Below are positions 1 through 13,045 of a DNA stretch of 64,000 bases, piece by piece. The stretch lies in assembly GCF_018350175.1 (NCBI RefSeq), contig NC_058382.1:56236001-56300000 (forward strand), written 5' to 3'. The translations under genes and the position numbers were made by a program. Below the pieces are notes generated by a model. It was not told the origin of the DNA. It did not search any database and saw only the letters and a program-made list of their open reading frames with translations. Position 1 is the stretch's first letter. Every line of letters begins with the position of its first letter. Source of the DNA: Felis catus. Taxonomy: Eukaryota.

Positions 1-399
1 TTTGAAAATTGTGATGGGACGTATGTGACCATGCATAAGTACCATTTGTGCCTGGGTTAGGGCTCAGCCAAGCGCTCTATAGATGTTAGTGATGTTCACA
101 GGACAGCATGAGTTATCACACTGGTACAACTGAGCCTCCTCAAAACTGGGGAACCAGAGTGAATCACAGGATTGACTTCCTGTTGATTCAATGACAAACA
201 TTTGACATTTTATGCAGAATAGGAATGTTTTATTGAAAACACCCATTCTTGCTCTCATTTTCATTTTCAGGTATCTACCCTCCCCACCATAAATACAGTC
301 CATGATTACAAAAGCCCTCATCAGCCTCTTTAGCTTGCCAGTTCTTGCAGATTTCCACTGCCCTCACTGTCAAAATTTCCTCAGTCTTTTAGTGCTTTA

Positions 400-710
400 T
401 CACAGCAAGCACTTATTTCTTGCTCATGCACCTGAGGGTCATCTGGAAGATAGCTGATCTAAACTGCTAGGTTAAGCTCTCAGCCATGGGAGGGGCTTAG
501 GTGTGTTACCCGAGTCTCTGATTCTTCTGGTTATAGCAGAAATGCAAAAGGCAAGCCCCACCTTGGGAATACATCTTGAGCTTCTGCTTGTATCATATCC
601 AGTAGCATCCACTGGTCAAAGAAAGTCACTGGGCTAAGCCCAATTCTAAGACCGTGGCAAGGAGAGTCATGTGCACAAATACTACAAGAGAGTGAAAAAT
701 TGGGACCGTA
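400..710. mobile_element. MaLR (MLT1-type) LTR remnant
   Basis: Motifs such as ttatttcttgctcatgca and catccactggtcaaagaaagtcactgggctaagccca resemble recalled MLT1 LTR consensus. Confidence 0.55.
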
Positions 711-1519
711 TCTCACTGCACCATACCTGGAACTCCAAAGCCCCTCATTCTTTTGCACTTTCATTGATCAGCACTTGCAAGTCCTGTAAGGCAGACCCAG
801 GTGGTTCAAGTGACTTAAGTCAATCAGAAGAGGACACAGACCATGTAAGGGAAATAGACACCACCTTAATCTGGTAAAATGAAGAGTAATTTGCTTTTCA
901 GGAATCAACAACATCTAGAAAAATGCCTGGTACAAAATGGCTGCTCATTAAATGTTTGTTGAAAGAACAAATGAATCACCCAAAAGCATCTGTAGTGACT
1001 GGTCATCTTGCCATTTCTCCAGAAGCTACTTCCATTGATCCCTCCACCGTGATCATCACCACATATACATGATTCAGCTTCTTTATTTTGGTGCTTCCTC
1101 AGTTTCTTTTTTGCTTTGCCTTTTTCCCTTAAATTCCCCAAGAGGAATGATCCTATTTAATTAATTGGCCATCCTTCAATCTGTTGGGCAGAGATCTTGC
1201 TGCCGCTTGTTGGCAGAAATAAGCCAGTAGATAACAGCTTCTTTTTAAGTTGCCCTTCCCTGGTTCAATCGGAAAAAGTAGTCAGGAACATGCAAGAAAT
1301 TCCCTGTGGCTGCATTTCTCAGCACACATCTGTGGGATTCCACTGTCACATAGAGACTCAAGGACTTTGTGTTGACTTTGCTATATCCCTCTCTCTGTGA
1401 GGATACCTCTGTCCTGTGATTTGAAAAGATACCTTCTCTCCAGCATAGAGAGGTCTTTCTGCCCCTGAAATATTCTTCACAATCTGATGAGCCAGTAGCC
1501 CCTCATCTCATCATTTTCT

Positions 1520-1688
1520 TTTCTTTTTTTCTTCTCATTTTTTTTGACTTTATTTATTTATTTTGAGGGACAGGAGGACAGAAGATCTGAAAGTGGGCTC
1601 GGTTCTTACAGCACAGAACTCACAAACCTTGAGATCATGACCTGAGCTGAAGTTGGATGCTTAACCAACTGAGCCACCCAGGCACCCC
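1520..1688 (-). mobile_element. Can-SINE (SINEC), internally deleted
   Basis: Reverse-complement SINEC head ...tgagccacccaggcacccc; TSD tcatcattttct at 1508-1519 and 1689-1700. Confidence 0.9.
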
Positions 1689-1854
1689 TCATCATTTTCT
1701 ACTGCTGACTGGGTGGAACCCCATCCCTCCCAGCAAAGCATTCCCTGCCAGGACAATGCACTATCCCAACTACTGAAACAGAACTATTTTTTTTTTTTGG
1801 TTTTGTTTTTAATATCTTGTAGCAACAATCCTCTTCTTTAAACCATTTAATATT

Positions 1855-2063
1855 AGAGTGCCTGGGTGGATCAGTTGGTTGAGCACCAATTTCAGCTCAG
1901 GTCATGGTCTCACAGCTCATGAGTTCGACCCCAACATTGGACTCTGTGCTGACGGCTCAGAGCCTGGATCCTGCTTCAGGTTCTATGTCTCCTTCTCTTT
2001 CCGCCCCTCCCCTGCTCATTCTCTGTCTCTCTCTGTCTCTCAAAAATAAATAAACATAAAAAA
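1855..2063 (+). mobile_element. Can-SINE (SINEC)
   Basis: gtgcctgggtggatcagttggtt head, gctcaggtcatg core, CT-rich tract, aaataaa tail. Confidence 0.92.
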
Positions 2064-2126
2064 TGAAATCATTAAAGATTGATGAGGGCTCAAGGCAGCT
2101 GAGCCAAAACTGAAGCAACAAAAGTG

Positions 2127-2162
2127 CTGTGTGTGTGTGTGTGTGTGTGCATGTGTGTGTGT
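2127..2162. repeat. (TG)n microsatellite
   Basis: Direct reading. Confidence 0.9.
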
Positions 2163-4687
2163 TGTTTTAGTTTAAGAAACTATTTTAGAAAAAGAAACAT
2201 ATTAGAGGCCTCCATCATGAGGAGAGTAGAAGAAACAGCCAAATGACTTGGCCAGTCAATGGAGAATGGGAAGATAGGAGTGTTGACCCCTGATCTCAGG
2301 TAGAGAAGTTGGAGGCTGGAGCTATGGGGCCAGAGCCAGAAGAATGTAGAAGCTTCTAGCAAAGCTGGAAAGGTCTAGAAAGAGAGCAAATAGTTAAGGG
2401 TAAATTCAGGATTACAACAGATGCTCAATCAAGAAATCACAAGACAGGAGGTGCTCTGTGGGTGGGAAGTAAAGACAGAATGGTATCAGTTGAGGGCATT
2501 AGAGCTTAAATTATAAGCTCCTCAAGGCCTCAACTCTGTTGTTCCTCTACATTTCCAGTCCCGAGGACTCTGGGCAGCACCTAGGTGAGGCTTGAGGATG
2601 TTAGATAACAAATTGGCCTATTAATTAGCTAATTAATTAATTAGGAATTGAAATCTAGGGTGAACTTTGCACTTACACAGAAAAAAGATCGCCTTTCAAA
2701 AATCTATGAAGATGAGAGAGAGAAGAGAGAGAGAAAATGCTGAGAGAATGAATGAGTGAATGAATATTCCACCTGTACCTGGAACATGGCAGGGTGAGCA
2801 CTTGAAAAAGGAAAAAGGTCCCCAGAAAGACGAATCTCTGTCATCCAGTAATATTACAGAGACTTTTTTTCTCTATTAATGCAGAGTGTGAAGAAATCTC
2901 AGCTTTCATGTTATATTCTGGATACAGGGTCATGCCCACTTCTGTACCTAGGCTGGTTCTCCCAGCCTTAATTCCAGGTAGCTTAATCCAGCTACCTGGA
3001 ACTGATTTGTTTCTGTACCCCTGCTGGCCAGTTTTCTCTTTACCCAAGTACTGAGATGTACATCTAAACTTCGGCGTCAAAATGAAACTACCCTTTTTAA
3101 ACAGCCTGGAGTTCAGTTACCAAAATTCCAGCTGTTGCTCTCCATCCAAGAGCTGTTTATCAAAGTTGTCTTCTTCATGTCTGATCTTTCTTGACCATCT
3201 CCCATCAGTGGCCTCTTCCTGTCTCCCAGGTTCTGAAGCCCAGGCCATCTTTTTGTCAGGCAGTGCCCTAATTTCAGCTCACCTAGTGAAATAATCATTA
3301 CCACCCTCTTTCCAGGTGAATGTTCACTGGGTCACATCATGATTTCTTCTCCTTTCTCTGCATCCATTTCCCCCTCCCCTTAAGCAATGTCTCTTTCTCT
3401 CCTCCCTCAATCCCTTGTGGCTGGGAGTCAAGGAGACAACTGCTAATTTCTGTAGAATTCAGCATTTTCCAAGTTTGCCTTTGGAATGGATAGCATTTTG
3501 TTCTATAGAAAAGCAAGTGTTCTAGAAAAATATGCAAACTTCATTTCAAGGGGGACGGCATACTCTTCATGCTTCTATTGGAATGAGTCAGCAGTGAGGA
3601 AGCAGGAATGCATGTGTGTAGTTCCCACTTTCCTTTGCCCATCAGTCTCTCTGTGTCTTTGTTGGTACAGCCCCATTGCATGAAGACTCACGTGGGTCCT
3701 GCCTACACTTTTTCAGAATTTCAAGTCACTTGTATGACCACCTAATGAGGGAAACCAAGAAGTCCCCTTATGTTCATTAATTTGTGACTCTCGTCAGGTT
3801 TCAGCCCAAAGCCCATATATCTGTGGGCTCAAGAATGAAAGGAAGTTTTTATTTCATGTGTCAGCAGGAATCAATGGCCCTGCTTTGAGAACACTTCTGG
3901 AACCATGCTGATCTCATTGAGAAAAGGGCCAGCAATGGCACCTACCCTAGACAGAGCACGAGGAAGCATTGGCAGTGTTTCTACCATGTACATGCCTTCC
4001 TCGGTTTAATAAAATCCAAAAGTGAGTACCTGATCCTTCATCTAGGGGATCCTCCCATCTTGCCTTCTGGAGGTCTCCAGGGTCGTAACTGGCATAACGT
4101 TTCAAAACATGCCTCTTTTTATATCTTCATAAGAGGCTTCAATATAGGTCAGAGATATTTTTTGAGAATTTTAGTTGTTCTAAGTGATACCATTGACCCT
4201 TCTCTCCTAGTTTACAATTCTCCAGGCAACAGTGACACGTTGATGGCCTGGAAAACCATTTCTAATGAACAGCACCACATTCATCAATGTTCATTGTAAC
4301 CACACATTCATCTGAAAAACTGATCCCACACCCTTGTTAGATATTGCATAGATCATATTTACAGTAATTTTGGTTTTTTACTCCTGAGAGACGACGTTAA
4401 GGCAAAGTTTTGCAAAACTCAAATATTTTTAAAAATCTTTGTTTTAATATACTTTTGTCTTTCTGCACCCCTCCCTTGTAAGGGGGAAGATGTAGGTTAG
4501 ATTGGGCAATGTTATGTTGATTCATCTTCAACTCAGATTTCAACTCCTTTACTTTAGACACCACATACCAGTCTTTCATTTCTTTCCTGCCCCTCTCAAG
4601 TCCAAGATAGCACCTAGGAAACTACCAGTCCACTCCAATCCCTCATTTCACAACCACATCCATGTTATAATTTACAAAACTTTTCTC

Positions 4688-4931
4688 GGGGTGCTGGGGT
4701 GGCTCAGTCAGTTAAGCGTCTGACTTTGGCTCAGGTCATGATCTCATGACTCGGGAGTCCGACTTGGGCTTAGATTATGATCTCACTGCTCATGATTTTG
4801 AGTCCTGCATTGGGCTCTGTGCTGACAGCTCAGAGCCTGGAGTCTGCTTTGGATTCTGTGTCTCCTTCTCTCTCTGCCCCTCCCCCACTCATGCTCTGTG
4901 TCTCTCAAAAATAAATAAGCATTAAAAAAAA
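4688..4931 (+). mobile_element. Can-SINE (SINEC) with an internal partial duplication
   Basis: SINEC head and tail; the gacttt/ggctcaggtcatgatctca block recurs in diverged form at ~4761-4785. Confidence 0.9.
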
Positions 4932-5346
4932 ATTTTTTTTAAACTTTAACTGTGGAATGTGGGTAGCTGAAGTGATACGAATTTTATCAAGGGATAAAGC
5001 AATCTTATTCACCTGCTGACGCCAACATTGCACGCAGCACAATGTACCTAACAGGGCTGCTGACTTGGACAATAAAAATGATTATGTCTATGAGTGGTAG
5101 AATTACAGAAGTTTGAACACAGCTGATCTCAGCCTTGAATGTAGTGGTGGATAGGGGAGGAAAAACTTAAAATTTTAATTCCACCAATGTAACAAACTCC
5201 CTTTATATCATTATCTGTGTAGAGGGCTGTACAAATTTATATTTCGAGAATTTTATACTAATCAAAAAGAATGTAGTGAATGAGCTATACAAAAGTAGAG
5301 ATGAGGAAACCATTTCTAGCAGATCATATAATTAAAATACATTCCT

Positions 5347-5557
5347 GGGGCACCCGGGTGACTCATTTGGGTAAGTGTCCAACCCTTGGTTTCGGCTCAG
5401 GTCATGAAGTCACAACTTCATGGGTTCGAGCCCCACATCGGGCGCCGTTCTGACAACTCAGAGCCTGGAGCCTGCTTCTGATTCTTCTCTGTCTCTCTCT
5501 GCCTCTCTCCCGCTTATGCTCTCTCTCTTTCTCAAAAATAATAAACATTTAAAAAAA
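5347..5557 (+). mobile_element. Can-SINE (SINEC)
   Basis: ggggcacccgggtgactca head, gggttcgagcccc B-box, CT tract, A tail. Confidence 0.92.
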
Positions 5558-5831
5558 CACACTCACTGAGGAGGGGCAGTGAGAGGGGGACATTGAGGGC
5601 TGTCAGAGTGTCTTTTGGAAGCAGAGCTCCACTGATTAGCTTCATTAAGTACGTAATTCCTTTGTGCTTCAACAGGAAGTGGTGAAGTTCAGAATTATAT
5701 CAGGCTGGGGTTTTCATGCAGTGCAGAAGTGTGTTCTTGCCCAGACTTTGTCACAAACTAGCAAGTGGGGATACACCCCCTGTCTAAATGTCAGTGTGCT
5801 TATTTGTGAAATGAGGTCCTTGGCTTGGAAT

Positions 5832-5940
5832 CAGTAGTTCTCAAACTTTACCGTGCCTCAGAATCACCTGGGACGCTCGTGAAAAATATCAACTCTGGTC
5901 TCCACCCACTTGGAGATCCTGATGTATAAAATCAGGGCTA
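5832..5940. mobile_element. MER5A-like hAT-Charlie MITE fragment
   Basis: cagtagttctcaaactttaccgtgcctcagaatcacctgg matches the recalled MER5A end. Confidence 0.75.
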
Positions 5941-8039
5941 AGTATGTGCATGTGTGAAACAGAATTTGAGGTTAGATTGTCACATAAGCGGGACTCTGTT
6001 CTGTACTTGGAGAAAGATTGTCCTAGGACTAGTTGTGGGACACTGTGGGGTAGGATACAGAACCTCAGTGATGCTTTCACATTCTCGGGGACCAGAGTTC
6101 TGCAGTGTTCTAGAACCCTCAGAGTCTCTCTCTCACTGCCTATACCATCATTCCCTGGATCCGCAGAGCACTTTACCTCTTATAAATACTGGCACTATTA
6201 CTGTGTCACTACTGATTTAAATTGTGGCAGCTTTTAAGTCAGTGCTGGGGTTTGACTCAGCTGAAAAGAAAAAATAAATAAAATGCCAGGGAGCAAGAAG
6301 TATGTAAACCGAACCTGTGCAGACTCTAGAAATTGATCTTTGACTTCCTTGCCGGCATCGTTGCCAAGCCAATATCCATCATCATCGCAGAGTCGTGTTT
6401 GGGGTGATGTTGGAGGACTTTGCCACAACAACTTCTTTTACATTAACAGCAAACAATTGCAGCTGAATCACTGTCAAACACATGTTGTATTAGACTGTGG
6501 CTCATAGTTCAGAAGGTGCTCCTGCTCAGCTAGGATTTGGTTGAGTGCTTCTTCTCCTATCAGGGGAAATGTCTGTATCAGTGCACTAAAAATCACAGAA
6601 AACAGGCCCCTGAAACAAACGCCACAGGAACAAATATCAGCAGGAACTAGCAAGCCAGTTTTCCTGCAATGGCCTTTGACAGGATTAGCATCAGGTGGAA
6701 CCCCTAAGAAAAGCACTCTCCTAACGCCCGGCTACTTTGTGCCTAGACAGGGGACCGGCAGAGGATGAACAGGGCAAGACGAGGTGCTCCCCCACCGCTC
6801 TTCCCCCTCCTTCCAAGAAACCCTGAAGGCCTGCTGCTCTCTCCAGTGTGATACCCCTTTTCAGGAGCAGAAATGCCTTCTGCAGAGCCGGCCCATTCCC
6901 CCCGGTGCTGGTCTCAGGGGAAGTACAGCATCTGGTTCCCACCGTCCGTCTAATTACCCATCTGCTTGTGGGGAGGGAAGGAATGCTCTGTTCCCCTTCC
7001 CTTCCCAAGCACTTTAATGTACTGAGGCATGAAGACAACGGCAGCTGCATCTCAGAGCCCACCCTCTGCATGTTGCACGAACTGGCTTTGCTTTTCCATT
7101 TGATTCTGGGTCAGGGCTGCCTGACACTGGATGCCAACATCTCTCCCTCTCTCTCACTTTGTCTCTGTGCACAGCCTTTGCACTGGACTGACCCAGGTTA
7201 CATCCTGCTCGCTAATTGGGGTGCCTGAGGTCCCCTCCCTTAGGGATGGTCAGGCGTCTTGCTGTTCTGTCCTGGCTTATTCCTTCTGCAGCACCAGAAA
7301 AGACACCCTGAAGCGAGTAGTCTTTGGATCCTTGTCTACAGTCATTATCAAGTGATGGCCCTTTGGTTATTTCCCCCTCGCTCTAGAAGCCATGTTTAAA
7401 AAGAGCTTATATGCCAAACAGACTACACTTAATAAACAATCATTCATTCATTCATTCATTCATTTTGCTACTATTTCAATATTAATCAAGGTCATGTATG
7501 GGCCAAAAACTGATTCGTTTTTGATAAATGGAAGGACCGGTCTAAATTGATTATATTCAGGCCCCAAACAAACACCTTGGAGCTAGCTCAGATGATCTGG
7601 TTATGGAGAAGTTTGCAGTTTAATTCAGCTTTTTGAAATATTGAAGTATTTCAGAGCACCATTAGCCTCTAAGCAAAGTCGTTAGGAGAATAACTTTGGC
7701 CATAGAAACACATGGGTTTAGAGTCCGTTTGGTTATATACTAGCTGATGTCCTTAGGCAAGTTTCTGAACTTAGCATATCCCAGTTTCTCTGTGGGTAAA
7801 TTTGAGATCATTTGACGCTGTAGGATAATCATGAAGGTAAGATGGCATAATGTTTACCAAGAACTTAGTTGAGACAGATGTAAAGCAAGAAATCAGCAAG
7901 TATTAGCTGCTTCTATCTCTATTTGCATCATTTTTATCATCACCATCAATTATATTCACAACGCAAGAGGCTTGGGAATGGAGACCCTACACCAGGAACC
8001 CCTTTCCATGCTTGGGCGAACAACCATTCACCTCCCCTG

Positions 8040-8490
8040 TGGCCAGGGCTCCTAGGGATTCCCACTAATCCTCCCTTCTCCAGCAGCAATGCCAATTTTT
8101 GCTGGACACAGCACGGTTGCCCAGCCCAAGATTACTTTTTCCAGCCACCTTCGCTGGGTGTGGCCACAACACCAGGCGATGGCCAGGGAGATGTGTGTGT
8201 ACATGAAGTCTGCACTTTGACTCATGCCCTTTAAAGGAAAGAAGCATGTTCTTCTTTCCTATTTTCCCCTCCCCTCCAGCTGGAATGCAGACATTGTAGT
8301 GAGTCATCTTTAGTTAAGAGGGCAGCAGCTGGAGATGGCATGGTTACAAGATGGGTTCTCAATACCGTCAAGCCACCGTTTCAGTTCCAGCCATCACCCC
8401 AAACTGCTGCATGAGGGAGAAAGAAACCACTTTGTTGCTTTAAAGAGCTGAACCTTGTGGCCCCTTATTAGAGTCCCATAGTGTGTCTTA
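8040..8490. mobile_element. MaLR (MLT1-type) LTR remnant
   Basis: ttgcccagcccaagattactttttccagcc and gctggaatgcagacattg motifs typical of old MLT1. Confidence 0.55.
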
Positions 8491-9533
8491 AAATCATGCC
8501 AAACAATTATTTTTAACATAGAAGTGATGTTCTTCCCTGGCTATATACCTTCCTGAGGTTCAAAGCCACATCAGCCTATCATGGCTTACTTCTGATTGTG
8601 TGTAACTAGATGACAACAGGGATCATGCTGCATCCATTCAGAAGAAAGATTACCCGGCCCCCCTCATGGGCTGCTGGGGAATCAATATCTTTTAATTATG
8701 AGAAAGCACACTGTGTTTACATTTCACACAGAGGCAAGAGGAAGGTCAAATCACAATCCTTACAGCCTTTATCAAAACCATGTACCGCTGTGTTTGTTAA
8801 GTGGGATTCAAAATTGGATGAACCTGGAGAGTTTTCATCTTCCTGTTTTCTCCCGTTTGTATACATGGCCGTACCTTACGAGATTAATAAGGCTTATAGA
8901 GCAAAGCGTCGCAAAGGAGAATGAAACGTTTGGGCAGATGAGATACCTCTTGCTTTTTGGAATAAAGGCAATTAGTGACTTGAGGTTTTCTGGGTGGTGC
9001 AGTGACTGGCAAGTTATTATATTTTTTTCCTGTTGTATATCTAAAAATATTTGAGAAGTAATCAAAACTGTAAGCGCGCACACACACACGCATACACACG
9101 CTCTAGAGTAAAGTCCTTTCTCTTCCCGCTGCATCTAACCAGTGACTCATCAGCTTCCTGAACTGGAACAACACTGAGCTTTATGAGTATGGAAATGTCA
9201 GCTCTGAGAACAGTGTGTGCTGCTTTGTGTGAAAATCGTAGACAGGCTTACAAAAGCCAACTCAAGACTCAGAGTCACCCTGCCCTATCGCTCTGCCTGA
9301 CTGGTCTCCATGTCCATAAGGGTTGTTTGATTTCTTAGCAAGCATTCACTGGCTTCTCTGCAGAGCCAGGTCATACATTGGAATCAACAATAACATTAAT
9401 GACAGCAACAACAAGAACAATCCTGTTTAATTTTTACACCTTATATGGAGATAGTGTTAGCTTCATAATAAAAATGAGAGAGCAGAAAATCAGAAATGTA
9501 AAATTTTCCCCAGATGTCTTAGAAAATTATAAG

Positions 9534-9853
9534 TGATTATAATGGTGATGGTGATAGTGGCAATATTGGTAATGCTGATGGTGATGACAATTATGGTGAC
9601 AGTGATGATGGCGATGATGGTGGTCATGGTGATGGTGATGATGATGATGATGGTGGTGATGATGATAATGACGATGGTGGTGATGATGATGATGGTGGTG
9701 ATGATGATGGTGATGATGGTGATGATGGTGATGATCATGATGGTGATGATGATGGTGGTAAAAATGGTGATGCTGATAATAATGGTGATGCTGATAATAA
9801 TGGTGATAATGACGGTGATAATGACGGTGATAATGGCGGTGATGATGATGATG
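9534..9853. repeat. Compound (GAT/GGT/AAT)n trinucleotide repeat, ~320 bp
   Basis: Direct reading; it produces the Met/Val-rich and Ile/Thr-rich ORFs in the track. Confidence 0.95.
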
Positions 9854-9909
9854 CCTTATTCTAGGTTAAGCACATGCTAAACATTTGCTATTTAAATGTT
9901 AAATGTGTA

Positions 9910-10075
9910 GGGGCACCCGACTGGCTCTGTCAGTCCAGTGTCCAACTCTTGATTTTGGCTCAGGTCATGATCTCACAGTTTGTGGGTTCAAGCCCTGTGT
10001 CGGGCTGCATGCTGACAGCATTGAACCTGCTTGGGATTTTCCCTTTCTCTCTCTGCCCTTCCCCTACTTGTGCAT

Positions 10076-10113
<38 letters not shown>

Positions 10114-10160
10114 TCTTTCTCTCAAAATAAATAAATAAACTTTAAAAAATTTGTTTAAAA
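9910..10160 (+). mobile_element. Can-SINE (SINEC) with internal (CA)n at ~10078-10110
   Basis: SINEC head and core; flanked by aaatgttaaatgt on both sides (TSD). Confidence 0.92.
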
Positions 10161-10191
10161 ATGTTAAATGTATAAAATTAAAGTGCTTACT

Positions 10192-10263
10192 GGGGTTCCA
10201 GGGTGGCTCAGTTGGTTAAGCATCCAACTCTTTTTTTAAATTTTTTTAATGTTTATTTTGGAA

Positions 10264-10304
<41 letters not shown>

Positions 10305-10680
10305 AGGGAGGGAGGGAGGGAGAACAAGTTGGGGAGGGGCAGAGAAAAAAGAGGGAGACACAGAATCTGAATCAGCCTCCAGCTGTCAGCACAGAGCCCG
10401 ACGTGGGGCTCAAACCCACAAATGCTGAGATCATGACCTGAGCTTAAGTCAGATGCTTAACTCTCTGAGCCACCTAGGCCCCCCTAAGCATTCAACTCTT
10501 GATTTCAGCTCAGTTCATGATCTCATGGTTCATGAGATTGAGCCCCTCATAGATAGCCCTGCATGCTGATAGTATGGGGCCCACTTGGGGTTCTCTTCCT
10601 GTCTCTCTGCCCCTCCCCACCTTGCACTCTCCCTGTCTCTCTAAAAATCAATCAACCAATCAATCAAATAATCAAAAAAA
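10192..10680 (+). mobile_element. Host Can-SINE split by a nested antisense SINE
   Basis: 5' part 10192-10232 resumes at 10485 (taagcattcaactcttgatttcagctcag…) and runs to the A tail at ~10680. Confidence 0.9.
10233..10484 (-). mobile_element. Can-SINE nested inside another SINE
   Basis: 16-bp TSD taagcat(c/t)caactctt at 10217-10232 and 10485-10500; (GA)n/(GGGA)n tract. Confidence 0.92.
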
Positions 10681-10730
10681 GCACTTAGTGCAGTGCTCGA
10701 CCCGTTGTAAATATCAGTAATTGCTGGTTC

Positions 10731-11185
10731 TAGGGGCCAGCACTGAGACAAGTGAAATACTCTCTTTGGGCACAAAATGTAAGGAAGGGTCCCAAAGCAC
10801 TCACTATCAAAGTAAATAAGATTTAATGCAATATTTTATAAAAATAAAAATTCATTAAAAAACCCAGGTCAAACCAAATGTCAACATTTTATTTTTTTAT
10901 TTAAAAAAATTTTTTTTAATGTTGATTTATTTTTGAGACAGAGAGAGACCGAGCATGAATGGGGGAGGGTCAGAGAGAGAGGGAGACACAGAATCTGAAA
11001 CAGGCTCCAGGCTCTGAGCAGTCAGCACAGAGCCCGACACGGGGCTTAAACTCACAGACCGCAAGATCATGACCTGAGCTGAAGTTGGACGCTTAACCGA
11101 CTGAGCCACCCAGGTGCCCCCAAATATCAACATTTTAAATGAAGACAAGTTTAGGCCTTGCCCTTGCCCCACTCACCTTCCCTTA
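10731..11185. mobile_element. hAT-type MITE (MER96-like), interrupted by a SINE
   Basis: gggcacaaaatgtaagg and tttaatgcaatatttt resemble a recalled hAT-Tip100 MITE; the family name is uncertain. Confidence 0.45.
10892..11120 (-). mobile_element. Can-SINE (felid SINEC_Fc type)
   Basis: TSD caaat(g/a)tcaacatttta at 10875-10891 and 11121-11137. Confidence 0.93.
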
Positions 11186-12184
11186 ATGCCATCCCAATCT
11201 CTTCTTTAACGTAATTTCATTTTAGTCCCCAAACAAGCCTGAGCCCAAGTTATTCTTATTCCCATTTTATAGATGAATATACTGAATCTCAGGAGGTTTA
11301 TCCACAATTAACATAGCTAATATGTAGAAGAACAGGGATTTTAGTTCCAATTTACTCACCATAAAAGTCCACTTTTTGCCCATTAGTATACAAGGCTTTA
11401 AAAATAAATTTGTTTCACATCACCACAATTTTCACTGTAATTTTCAGGGTCATTTTTAAAGGTGGAGAGTAGAAAGAAACTAAGTACCAGCTGCAGCTCT
11501 CACCAGCGCAATGATGTCAGCCAAGGTGACAGCGATACTTGCAAAACTTCAAGAATGTGCACTTGTTAAACATCCAGTGCTTTTCTTAAATAAGAAGTCT
11601 CTACTCTGTGCCTCTAGATTATTTCTGATTCACATGATAATTTATCTTAATCTATTTGCAAACCGGTAACTCTTCTCTTTATTCTCCAAAAGATATCTCT
11701 TCAGACACCAAAATGCATTCTTTCCATCAGTAGTAAATTCACTACCGCATTTGATGCTTGAAGAGTATCACTATCATGAAGATATCCCTTTTCTTGGTTT
11801 ACATTATATTCTTTTGACTTGCCTTCTTATTTAACTCTGTATTTTATGTTTTACACTGTATATTTTCTAACTTTTTTTATACCCCTTTTCTCTTTCTATT
11901 TCCTCATTGCACATATTACCCAATGTTGTTGGGATTTGACCTTTTTCTTTTCTCCCATGTCAGTCCCAAAACTGCTATGGCTGAATTCTTGGGGCATGTA
12001 CCCACACAAATGTGACTTGAAGAATGCTTACCAAAATGTCGTGTAGCTATATCCAAGTAATAAGATTTAGGAGAATACCAATTTTTCTTACCCCTTTCTC
12101 TTTGATTTTTTTCTTTACCAAGGAACAAATATTATATATTGATACAGAATATATACATTGATATATATATCTCAATCTTCCCAT

Positions 12185-12470
12185 CAAAATAAATCCCTGA
12201 TGATGGTACCAAGATATATGTTCAAGGAAACTGTAAAAATCTGGAAGAAATCAATCAGAGGTGAATTTTTAATAATCTGATGGTCGGGCAGACTTTAAGC
12301 ATGTCACCAAAAATCAAAACTATAAGCTGAAAAATTGATACAGTTGACTACATAAAATTTTAATGATTCCACACAGTAAAGAAAATCCCTATAACTAATT
12401 ATGAGGGCAATGACACAGTGAAAGAATAGATATTTGTTCCAAATATCCGAAAGGACAAAGCTTCCTTTCC
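12185..12470 (+). mobile_element. Old L1 (L1M) ORF2 3' fragment
   Basis: aaaataaatccc…actgtaaaaatctggaagaaa…aattgatacagttgactacataaaattt typical of distal L1 ORF2. Confidence 0.65.
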
Positions 12471-12600
12471 AGTAGATCATCATCCAGCACCTACTTTAAC
12501 CTTTACATGTCTTTCTTTCCTCATTGATGACACGAGGCTAGTGATGCTGCCTTAGAGGGCTCTCATAAAAAGCAGATGGGGAAAAAAACCCATTCTTTCT

Positions 12601-12807
12601 CAGTGGTTCTACCCTAGGGGTGACTTTGCCCCCCCAGAGGGACCTTGGGCAGTATCTGTGCTAGTTTGGGTTATAACTAGGGATTGCTGCTGACATCTAG
12701 TGGATGGAGGTCGGAGGCGCTGTTAAACATCCTACAATGCAAGGACAGCCACCCAGAACGAAAAATTATCCAGCCCCGAATATCAGTAGTATTGTTGAAA
12801 AACTCTG
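12601..12807. mobile_element. MER20 hAT-Charlie MITE
   Basis: cagtggttct…tttgccccccca…taaacatcctacaatgca…aattatccagccc…gttgaaaaactctg follows the recalled MER20 consensus end to end. Confidence 0.85.
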
Positions 12808-12822
12808 GTCTGTGGAGGTTTT

Positions 12823-13045
12823 TTTTTTTTTTTTTTTAAACGTTTTTATTTATTTTTGAGACAGAGAGTGACAGAGCATGAACGGGGGAGGGTCACAGAG
12901 AGAGGGAGGAGGCACAGAATCTGAAACAGGCTCCAGGCTCCAAGCCATCAGCCCAGAGCCCGATGTGGGGCTCGAACTCATGGACCGCGAGATCGTGACC
13001 TGGCTGAAGTCGGATGCTTAACCGACTGCGCCACCCAGGCACCCC
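12823..13045 (-). mobile_element. Young felid SINEC_Fc (cagccagg/gcgcagtcgg variant)
   Basis: Perfect 17-bp TSD tggtctgtggaggtttt at 12806-12822 and 13046-13062; pure T tail. Confidence 0.95.

Noticed and set aside
9490..9880. Met/Val-rich and Ile/Thr-rich ORFs resembling membrane proteins
   Set aside because: Products of the trinucleotide repeat; no splice or promoter support.
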